Source: a virus (lineage: Duplodnaviria > Caudoviricetes). From it: 42,122 bases of DNA. The stretch covers positions 1-42,122 of IMG/VR virus record IMGVR_UViG_3300036987_000471, one strand, 5' to 3'. The notes under the pieces were generated by a model, which saw only the letters and a program-made list of their open reading frames with translations, had not been told where the DNA came from and ran no database searches. A program made the position numbers and the translations under genes. This document shows, one piece after another, positions 35,149-42,122 of the stretch (its first letter is position 1; each line of letters starts with the position of its first letter).

Positions 35149-35550
35149 ATGTACAACAATTCCCACCCCGGCATCGAGTTCGGCGACGGCGTCCTGAAAG
35201 GGCCGGGCACGCCGGGCCAGGTGCTGAGGAGCGTCGGCAACAACGAGTTCTCCGTGGTCGCCGATGCCGCCCACGTCCCCGCCGGCATCCTGAAGCGGGC
35301 GGACAAGGACTGCGCCGCCCAGGGCACCAACGACACCACCCCCTGCGTGGTGGACATGGGGGACTTCGTCTTCCAGACGGACCAGTTCACGGGCACGCCC
35401 GCGGCCGGCACCCTTCTCACCTTCGACGCCACCACGGCCAAGTTGAAGGCGGCCACTGCGGGCACCAAGATCGTGGCCATCGTGCTGTCCCTGGATGGCA
35501 GCGAGCTCACCGCCCGTTGGACGAACCACGGCCAGGTCGTTCCGTCCTGA
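35149..35550 (+). CDS. Probable head decoration/cement protein
   Basis: AAGGAG RBS; 133 aa, Gly/Ala/Thr-rich, between scaffold and capsid genes. Confidence 0.6.
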   Translation: MYNNSHPGIEFGDGVLKGPGTPGQVLRSVGNNEFSVVADAAHVPAGILKRADKDCAAQGTNDTTPCVVDMGDFVFQTDQFTGTPAAGTLLTFDATTAKLKAATAGTKIVAIVLSLDGSELTARWTNHGQVVPS

Positions 35551-35593
35551 CCCGGGGCATGATCGGCAGGCATCAAGCAAGGAGAATTCCGAC

Positions 35594-36457
35594 GTGAAGA
35601 CGAACAGCACCAAGGACCCTGAGTTCCTGGCCGCCATGGGCGCGCTGATGCAGGAGTCCACGCGCACGGACCAGGGCCTTCACGCCCTGGCCGAGTCCGT
35701 GGTCTCGGTGGTCAAGATGGAGATCGACCGCAAGAACATCGTGCCCCTGGTCCTGACCGAGACCCAGCTGAAGGCCGGCGAGGAGTCCAAGCACGCCAAG
35801 CGCCGGGGGCAGCGCGCCCACTACATCGGCGTGGGTGGCCAGCCCCATCGCCAGGAGGTGAACCAGGACGAGATCGTCCACTTCCCGATCTTCCGCCTCC
35901 ACTCCAACCCCTCCATCGACGTCACGGATCTCGACCACGGCAACGTGGGCAAGCTGACTGAGCTGCAGACCGAGGCGGCCAGCGAGATCCGCAACAAGCT
36001 GAACGCCAAGGTGGTGGCGCTCCTGTCCGCCGCCGCGGCCCTTGCGCCCGAAACCAACGTGGCCAGTGCGACGGGCGGCAAGCTCACCGACGTGGCGCTG
36101 GGCACCATCATCAGCCGCATCAACGACAAGGAGCTCAACGCCCGCTGGATCCTCCTGCGCGGCGGCCGCCTCATCGACCTCAAGGACTTCAACCTGGACC
36201 CCGAGTCCCGGCGCGAGTTCATCGAGAAGGGCGTGCTGAACCGCTTCGGCGGGGCGGGCCTCCTCAACACGGCCTCCATGGGCGCCAACGAGGTGATCGT
36301 CCTGCCGGACCACGAGATCGGCAAGTACGACATCCGCACGCCGCTGAAGGTCGATCCCCAGAAGGCCGGCTTCCGCGTGGGCTTCCTGACCTACCACGAG
36401 TGCGCCATGGGCATCACGCGGCCCGACCTGGTCTACAAGATCGTCATCACGGGCTAG
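35594..36457 (+). CDS. Major capsid protein (HK97 fold, 287 aa)
   Basis: AAGGAG RBS with GTG 35594. Position, size and C-terminal GFLTYHECAMGITRPDLVYKI fit a capsid protein. Confidence 0.7.
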   Translation: MKTNSTKDPEFLAAMGALMQESTRTDQGLHALAESVVSVVKMEIDRKNIVPLVLTETQLKAGEESKHAKRRGQRAHYIGVGGQPHRQEVNQDEIVHFPIFRLHSNPSIDVTDLDHGNVGKLTELQTEAASEIRNKLNAKVVALLSAAAALAPETNVASATGGKLTDVALGTIISRINDKELNARWILLRGGRLIDLKDFNLDPESRREFIEKGVLNRFGGAGLLNTASMGANEVIVLPDHEIGKYDIRTPLKVDPQKAGFRVGFLTYHECAMGITRPDLVYKIVITG

Positions 36458-36533
36458 GCCCCGGGGCGAGGACCTGCCGCCGGCCGGGCGTGTGCCTGGC
36501 CGGCATTCGCATCGATTGGATCTGGAGGACCCC

Positions 36534-37085
36534 ATGCCGCGCGTGCGAGCCCGTCACACCATCGTGGTCATCGGCGACCACGTGTTCCATGTCGATCAGG
36601 CCCGGTCCTTCCCGGGGAGCGTGCCGCCCGAGGTGGCGGCGCGCACGGACCTCCTGGAGATCCTGGACGACGACGGCCACCCCTTGCCCATGGGCCTGAC
36701 GGCCGATGGCACTCTCCGACCGGGCGAGGGCGAAGGCCAGGACGAGGGCGAGGGCGAAGGCCAGGGCCCGGCCCAGGACCCATCGGATCCGGATCTGGGC
36801 GACGGATCCGGCACGCCGGGCGCCACGGATGGCACGGACGATGTCACCGATGACACGCTGGATCCGGGCGGCTCGGAGGATGAGGATGACTCGGCCACGA
36901 AGCATGTGACCCTGCTCACGGTGCCCGACGAGGACACCGAGGACGAGGGCGGCGGGGAGGCGGATCCCTTTGGGGATGCGCCGAACGCCGGCGAGCGGGA
37001 GGAGACCGGTCCTGACCATGCTCCGCCCCCGGCTCAAGCCCCGGCTCCGCGGGCTGGGCGGGGCGGCCGCGGCAACCGCCGGTAG
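36534..37085 (+). CDS. Hypothetical protein with long acidic disordered tail
   Basis: GGAGG RBS; D/E/G-rich low-complexity region after the first ~60 aa. Confidence 0.6.
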   Translation: MPRVRARHTIVVIGDHVFHVDQARSFPGSVPPEVAARTDLLEILDDDGHPLPMGLTADGTLRPGEGEGQDEGEGEGQGPAQDPSDPDLGDGSGTPGATDGTDDVTDDTLDPGGSEDEDDSATKHVTLLTVPDEDTEDEGGGEADPFGDAPNAGEREETGPDHAPPPAQAPAPRAGRGGRGNRR

Positions 37086-37092
37086 CTGACCC

Positions 37093-37539
37093 ATGGCCAC
37101 GACGATCACCCAGCTGATCCAGGTGCTGCGCGGCGAGCTGGTCGCGGCCAGCGAGTCCGAGCTGACGACCGAGCAGCTGCGGAATGCCATCCGGCGGGGC
37201 GTGGCCTTGATGAACCGGGACTTCGAACGGGGCTACCAGGTGGGGGCGGATCAGGAAACGATCACGCCGGAGCTGACGGGCCTGGACCTGGAGCTGCTGC
37301 TCCTGGCCGCCACGCCCACCTGCTGCCGGATCGAGATCGCCAAGGCTGCCCGGCGCCCGAGCTTCAAGGCGGGCGCCATCGAGATCGACACGACGCGCGC
37401 CGCTGGCGCTTGGCGCGAACTGCTGGCGCACGCGCAAGGCGAGTACGAGCGCCTGATCGAGATGGAGGAGGGCCAGCGCCAGGCCACCCTCCAGTCCCTG
37501 CTCTTTGAACGTGGATCCACCGCCGTAGCCACCACATGA
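37093..37539 (+). CDS. Probable head-tail adaptor
   Basis: Helical 148 aa protein downstream of the capsid gene; assigned by synteny. Confidence 0.55.
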   Translation: MATTITQLIQVLRGELVAASESELTTEQLRNAIRRGVALMNRDFERGYQVGADQETITPELTGLDLELLLLAATPTCCRIEIAKAARRPSFKAGAIEIDTTRAAGAWRELLAHAQGEYERLIEMEEGQRQATLQSLLFERGSTAVATT

Positions 37540-37910
37540 GCTATCTGACGGCAACCGAGGAGACCCTGGCCTTGGCGGACATGGCCACGCTGCTGACCTC
37601 CACAGGAGACGTGGTCCAATTGCGCCAGCGCCAGCAACCGTCACCCACGGGCTTCGCGGGGGACCCGGGCGAGAGCTTCGGGCCCCCCGTGGCCGTCCCA
37701 GCCGTGCTCACGGCCAAGGCGCCGGAGGACCTGCTGCAGGAGGGGCACGAGCTCCTGGTGATCGTGGGCGCTCAGACGGTCGTGTCCGAGGGGGACGAGT
37801 TCACGCACGGCACCTGGCGCTACCGGGTGGTGGACGTGGTGCCTCGGAACCTCTTCGGCACGGTGACGCATCTGGAACTGGCCGCCAAGAAGCTGCACGG
37901 GGGCGCCTGA
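37536..37910 (+). CDS. Probable head-closure protein
   Basis: 124 aa beta-rich (GDEF...YRVVDV); ATGA overlap; synteny. Confidence 0.55.
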   Translation: MSYLTATEETLALADMATLLTSTGDVVQLRQRQQPSPTGFAGDPGESFGPPVAVPAVLTAKAPEDLLQEGHELLVIVGAQTVVSEGDEFTHGTWRYRVVDVVPRNLFGTVTHLELAAKKLHGGA

Positions 37911-38404
37911 TGCCGGTGGGCGTGACCATGCTGATGGACAAGAAGGCGCTGGAGAAGACCCAGAAGCTCCTGAAGACCTTCCCGTCCCTTCTGGCCAAGA
38001 GCCTGGCCCTGGCCATTCTGGAGATCGCCCAGGTCGTGCAGAGCCAGGCCAAGCAGAGCCTGACGGACGAAGGGGCCATCGATCTGGGGGCGCTTCGGGC
38101 TTCCCTCCACATCGTGGTGCTGGGACCCTTGACCGTCGTGGTGGGCACGCCCAGCGAGTACGCGGCGCCCGTGGAGTACGGCACGGTGGGGCACTTCGTG
38201 AAGGTGGACAACATCCCCGGGATGCGCGAGTGGCTGATCCGGCACAAGGTGCCCCAGGGGGAGACGCGGACCTACTTCTACGTCCACCCGAAGCCCCGGC
38301 CCTTCATGGGGCCGGCCTGGCTGATGGGCGTGGCGATGACGCCCAAGACCGTGGAGGAGGCCGTGAACATGGCGTTTGCAGCGGTGGAGAAGCACCTGTC
38401 ATGA
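37910..38404 (+). CDS. HK97 gp10-like neck/tail-completion protein
   Basis: DLGALRASL...VGTPSEYAAPVEYGT...PRPFMGPA motifs. Confidence 0.8.
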   Translation: MPVGVTMLMDKKALEKTQKLLKTFPSLLAKSLALAILEIAQVVQSQAKQSLTDEGAIDLGALRASLHIVVLGPLTVVVGTPSEYAAPVEYGTVGHFVKVDNIPGMREWLIRHKVPQGETRTYFYVHPKPRPFMGPAWLMGVAMTPKTVEEAVNMAFAAVEKHLS

Positions 38405-38946
38405 TCGTCCAGCGCGCCTTCGCCCAGCACCTGGTCAGCCTGAACCCGGCCCTCCACGCCTTCAAGGACGAGCTGGCGTGGACGCAGGCAGGAGAGCCCT
38501 GGCCGTGTCTGTTGGTGACCAAGCTGGGCGGGCGCCTGGCCGTCAAGGGCACGGGCCGCTACGATCGCCGGGAGCTGGACGCCACCACGGGAAAGTGGGT
38601 CTACGAGAAGCTGTGGACACGCCGGCTGACGCTGCGCCTCACCATCCGCAGCGCGGCGGCCAGCGGCAAGAGCGGCGTCACGATCGTGGACAAGGTGTGC
38701 GAGACGATCCACGCGCTGATCCGGCGCCATGGTACGGGCCTGCCGCTGGATTTGGTGGACGCCGTGACGAGCGAGCCCGTGCATCTGGAGCGGATCCGCC
38801 TGATCGCGGAGAGCGACCAGGGGCCCTTGCTCTCGCGCGTGCCCTTCGAGGCCCAGAGCACGCTGGACGTGGAGCTCCGGGCCACGGTGGCGGACGTGGT
38901 CGAGGAGGCGTCCGCCATGGAGTCCGTGCACATCATCCTGAACTAG
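38401..38946 (+). CDS. Probable tail terminator protein
   Basis: ATGA overlap at 38401 (MIVQRAFAQH...); lies before the sheath gene. Confidence 0.5.
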   Translation: MIVQRAFAQHLVSLNPALHAFKDELAWTQAGEPWPCLLVTKLGGRLAVKGTGRYDRRELDATTGKWVYEKLWTRRLTLRLTIRSAAASGKSGVTIVDKVCETIHALIRRHGTGLPLDLVDAVTSEPVHLERIRLIAESDQGPLLSRVPFEAQSTLDVELRATVADVVEEASAMESVHIILN

Positions 38947-38956
38947 GGAGCCCGAC

Positions 38957-39214
38957 ATGAACAAGGCCAAGGACGACCTGCAGAAGAGCCGCGCGGCGGG
39001 GCCGGAGGACGGCGCCGTGGCCGCGGCCGCGCCCAGTGATGCGGTGAACACCCTTCAGCGGGCGGCCACGGTGCTCCGGCGCTTGAAGGTGCCGGCGCCG
39101 GTGGGCGCCGCCGTCCTGGCGGAGCACGGGCTGACCCGCACGTCCCTGGTGGATCCGGCGCAGTTCGAGGGGAAGGTGGCCGCGTGGCTGGCGGCCCCGG
39201 CCGGCAGCAAGTAA
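38957..39214 (+). CDS. Small hypothetical protein before the sheath gene
   Basis: GGGAG RBS; 85 aa. Confidence 0.55.
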   Translation: MNKAKDDLQKSRAAGPEDGAVAAAAPSDAVNTLQRAATVLRRLKVPAPVGAAVLAEHGLTRTSLVDPAQFEGKVAAWLAAPAGSK

Positions 39215-39223
39215 GGAGGCATC

Positions 39224-40621
39224 GTGGGCAACAAGATCATCAAGGACGTCTACACCGAGTACTACTCGGGCAAGGCGGGCCTGAGCCAGAAGCCGACCGC
39301 CATCGAGCTGGTGGCCGGCGCGGCCGGGGGCGGCGACAAGCTGACCCGCTACATCATCTCGGACAAGCGCAGCGCCATCGACCTTCTGAAGAGCGGGCCC
39401 TTGCTGCAGGCCATCCTGGAGCGCCTGGACGCCGGCTCCACGGTGATCTACGCCCTGCGCCTGGCGGGCAGCGCCCTGGCCACGGCCACCCTGGCCATTC
39501 CCGGCGCCAGCGGCACGGCCTTCACGATCACGGGCTACTACCCGGGGGCTTGGTGGAACGCCGTCGAGATCTCGGTGACGGCGGACGGCGCCAACCGCAC
39601 GGTGGAGATCCTGGATCCCGCCACTGACGCGGTCTACAGCTTCACGGGCACGGCCAACCAGGCGCTGGTGGACGCCATCAACGCCGGGCAGTCGGTGGTG
39701 AAGGCCACCGTCGGCGCCGGCGCCCTGGTGGCGGCCATGGCCGCGGCCCCCCTGGCCGGCGGCAACGACGGCCTGACCTTGGCAAACGGCGATTACATCG
39801 CCGGCATCACGGCCAGCGAAGACTACACGGACGTCAACTGGGTCCACTTCGTGGGTGCGGACAGCCTGACGCTGTGGGCGGCCATTCTGACCAGCTGCAA
39901 CACGATGGTCACGAGCAACCTGGGCGAGCGCTTCGCCTTCCTGGACGTGCCGCGCATGGTGGTGGCTGATCCCGAGCGGCCCACGGCCGGGGAGACGGCC
40001 ACCTACCTGGCCACGATCCAGGCCCTCATCGCCACGGTGGCGGACCAGAACGCGGTGATCCCGGTGGGCGAGGCCCGCTTCCTGGATCCCGACGGCGTGG
40101 TCTACTGGAACCGCATCACCAGTGCGGTGGCCGGCCGCTACGCGGCGCTGAAGGTCCAGGAGAGCCTCCTGGCCAAGTCGGCGCCCAGTGTGTCCGGGCT
40201 CTGCCCCGAGTGGAACGTGGGCCAGCAGACCGTGCTGGTGACCGAGCACCTCATCCACATGCGCCACGAGCCCGGCCTGGGGTTGATTTTCGGCTCCAGC
40301 GACACGCGCTGCCCGGAGGGGAGCGCGTACAACCGGGTGGAGAAGCTGCGCAGCGTCTACGCCTTCGGCAAGGCGGCGCGGGTCGTGGCCCTGCCCCACC
40401 TGGGCAAGCCCAACGACAGCGCCGGCGAGGGTCTGCTGCTCATGGAGGCGGACATCCGCCAGGTGGGCAACCTCATGGTCCAGAAGGGCGAGATCGACTC
40501 CTACGACCTGCAGCTGACCTCCACCGAGGAGATGCGCAGCCTGGGCGAGGCGGAGGTCCGGGCCAGCGTCAACAGCATGAAGGCCTTCGAGATCATCCTG
40601 GAGAAGGTCTACCTGGACTAG
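39224..40621 (+). CDS. Contractile tail sheath protein
   Basis: AAGGAGG RBS with GTG. YPGAWWNAVEISV, LAGGNDG, HLGKPND and C-terminal MKAFEIILEKVY are sheath-like; 465 aa. Confidence 0.85.
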   Translation: MGNKIIKDVYTEYYSGKAGLSQKPTAIELVAGAAGGGDKLTRYIISDKRSAIDLLKSGPLLQAILERLDAGSTVIYALRLAGSALATATLAIPGASGTAFTITGYYPGAWWNAVEISVTADGANRTVEILDPATDAVYSFTGTANQALVDAINAGQSVVKATVGAGALVAAMAAAPLAGGNDGLTLANGDYIAGITASEDYTDVNWVHFVGADSLTLWAAILTSCNTMVTSNLGERFAFLDVPRMVVADPERPTAGETATYLATIQALIATVADQNAVIPVGEARFLDPDGVVYWNRITSAVAGRYAALKVQESLLAKSAPSVSGLCPEWNVGQQTVLVTEHLIHMRHEPGLGLIFGSSDTRCPEGSAYNRVEKLRSVYAFGKAARVVALPHLGKPNDSAGEGLLLMEADIRQVGNLMVQKGEIDSYDLQLTSTEEMRSLGEAEVRASVNSMKAFEIILEKVYLD

Positions 40622-40656
40622 GTCCGGGTGGGTCGTAGCCGACAAGGAGCACCGTC

Positions 40657-41121
40657 ATGAACATCACTCCGGGACTCGCCGACGGCGTCGCGGGCAACAG
40701 CGTCAAGCTGCTGATCAACGGCATGCCCGTCTTCGGGCTCGTCAACTTCAACTGGAAGGTGGCCAAGGACAAGAAGCCCGTCTTCGGCGCCGGCTTCAAG
40801 GGCGCCCACGGCGTCGTCCGCTCCAACCATAAGACCTACGAGATCGACTTCGAGGTCACGGAGATGCTTATCACGTTCGCGGAGCTGAAGGCCGCCCTGG
40901 CGCTGGGCTCCCTGGCCGCGGGAGAGCTCTACGTGGACCCGACCGACATCCGCAACGCCACGATCGTCGTCTTCTACCCGGGGGCCAACTTGGTCATGTC
41001 CAAGACCTTCACGGGCGTGGAGATCACGGGCGCGGACGGGGGCTTCAGCGACAGCGAGGACGCCGAACCCATCAGCGTCAAATGCACGGGCTTCGCCACC
41101 AACATGATCGGCGGCTTCTAA
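40657..41121 (+). CDS. Tail tube protein
   Basis: AAGGAG RBS; 154 aa beta-rich protein directly after the sheath gene. Confidence 0.75.
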   Translation: MNITPGLADGVAGNSVKLLINGMPVFGLVNFNWKVAKDKKPVFGAGFKGAHGVVRSNHKTYEIDFEVTEMLITFAELKAALALGSLAAGELYVDPTDIRNATIVVFYPGANLVMSKTFTGVEITGADGGFSDSEDAEPISVKCTGFATNMIGGF

Positions 41122-41209
41122 TCCATGGGCGTGGGGTCCGGGTGGCGCGGCTGGCACGGGGGCCTGCGCCACCCCTCCCCAGGCCACCCACCCCTTACTG
41201 GAGGACCCC

Positions 41210-41548
41210 ATGACCCCCACGACCGTCACACCCGAGATCATCGAAGGCTTGAGGACCAAGTTCGCCCACCAGAGCCTGTTCCAGCTGGACCTGCCCGACG
41301 GCCGCACCTTCATCGTGCGCGGCTCCAGCTGGGACGAGTTCAGCCGCATGGGCAAGGCCGCCAAGGGCAACGAGCAGCGCCTGGCCCTGGACATCGTCCG
41401 CGCCTTCGTGGTCCATCCCGCCCTGGACCTGCAGGACATCGAGTACAACAAGACCGGCGCCTGGGAACCTGGGCTCATCGCGGCCCTCAGCGAGAAGATC
41501 CAGGAGACCCTGGGCTACTCGAAGGAGATCACGGTAAAAAAGCTCTGA
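41210..41548 (+). CDS. Tail assembly chaperone (gpG-like)
   Basis: GGAGG RBS; lies between tube and tape measure; ends in a slippery sequence. Confidence 0.75.
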   Translation: MTPTTVTPEIIEGLRTKFAHQSLFQLDLPDGRTFIVRGSSWDEFSRMGKAAKGNEQRLALDIVRAFVVHPALDLQDIEYNKTGAWEPGLIAALSEKIQETLGYSKEITVKKL

Positions 41549-41766
41549 GGGCGGCGCGCGCGGAGCTGGAGGGCACCTGGTACCTGCAGGCCCGCGCGGT
41601 GATCGCCCACCGCTTCCCGGCCTACACCTTCGAGGTGCTGGACGACCTACCCTTCGACCGGGTGTTCGACCTGCAGGTGGCGGCCGAGTGGCTGGGGGAG
41701 CAGGAGGCCAAGGCGCAGCGGACCCCCCGGTCCCCCCGGGCGTCCAGGCCCAGACGAGGTCGATGA
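41536..41766 (+). other. -1 programmed frameshift site (A AAA AAG) and gpGT-like extension
   Basis: Heptamer at 41536-41542, in phase with the chaperone codons. The -1 frame is open to 41766 (ALRAARAELEGTWYLQ...LDDLPFDRVFDL). Confidence 0.8.
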
Positions 41767-41779
41767 CAGGAGAGGGACG

Positions 41780-42122
41780 ATGCTGAGCGGCTTCACCAGC
41801 GCCATCACCATCAGCGTCTTCGGCACGTCGAACATGTCGGCCTTCTCCGCCGCGTCCAAGCGCCTGGACAAGTTCGCCGGCGGCTTCGAGAAGGCCTCGG
41901 AGCGCGTCAAGAAGGCCGGCCTGAAGATGGTCCTGGTGGGCGCGGGTCTTGCCGCCAGCCTGGCCATGCCCGCCATCCAAATGGGCAAGTTTGAGACCCA
42001 GGTGGCGCGGGTGGGCGGCATTGCCGACGCCACGGCTGGGCAGGTGGCGGCGATTGGCGACACGGCCATGTACCTGGGCGCCAAGACGAGCTACACGGCC
42101 CAGCAGGTGGCGGAAGGTCAGG
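41780..42122 (+). CDS. Tape measure protein (TP901-type), 3'-truncated by the window edge
   Basis: Translated by hand: MLSGFTSAITISVFG...KFETQVARVGGIADAT...LGAKTSYTAQQVAEG. AGGAG RBS. Confidence 0.85.
   Translation, partial: MLSGFTSAITISVFGTSNMSAFSAASKRLDKFAGGFEKASERVKKAGLKMVLVGAGLAASLAMPAIQMGKFETQVARVGGIADATAGQVAAIGDTAMYLGAKTSYTAQQVAEGQ

Larger units (their letters stand above)
1..42122. mobile_element. Prophage or temperate phage segment (contractile tail), with a large accessory region upstream of the terminase large subunit
   Basis: Canonical gene order TerL-portal-MuF-protease/scaffold-decoration-capsid-connectors-sheath-tube-chaperones-tape measure from 24.0 kb to the end. No host housekeeping gene recognised. 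Element boundaries are not visible. Confidence 0.9.

Noticed and set aside
36720-36770. GGCGAG-type short tandem repeats
   Set aside because: They only encode a GE-rich low-complexity linker.
24046-40645. Long minus-strand ORFs (24046-26220, 28101-30170, 32486-35104, 38933-40645; likewise 2529-4184 and 12715-14214)
   Set aside because: They are antisense shadows of well-supported genes, expected with high GC3 codon bias, and carry no recognisable motifs.

Overview
The whole window reads as part of a GC-rich temperate phage or prophage with a contractile tail. From left to right: (1) two paralogous FN3-like proteins, two HTH proteins, a repeat-rich intergenic region with a ~220 bp imperfect palindrome, a Cas4/RecB-like PD-(D/E)XK nuclease and a Cys/His-motif protein that may be the small terminase; (2) a ~12 kb defence-like block (5.4-17.2 kb) with AT-rich integron-type gene cassettes (one intact and three partial attC sites, no IntI in view; the first cassette is a PC4-like + TIGR02391/HEPN fusion), a type I R-M system with two different HsdM subunits (NPPF and NPPY), and a toxin-antitoxin-SecB-like chaperone (TAC) triad; (3) a minus-strand array of about 14 small genes (17.3-23.0 kb), split into four modules by four ungapped ~101 bp repeats (promoter-like boxes, RBS and an 11-6-11 dyad), the first of which abuts the stop codon of a XerC/D-like tyrosine recombinase; (4) a morphogenesis operon: TerL, portal, a ~1500 aa MuF protein with a HipA/PI3K-like kinase domain and a possible ADP-ribosyltransferase-like C-terminus followed by two small candidate immunity genes, an in-frame DNA adenine methyltransferase-prohead protease-scaffold fusion with internal starts, decoration protein, capsid, connectors, sheath, tube, frameshifted tail chaperones and the start of the tape measure. 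All family assignments come from motif recognition by eye; no database search was run.
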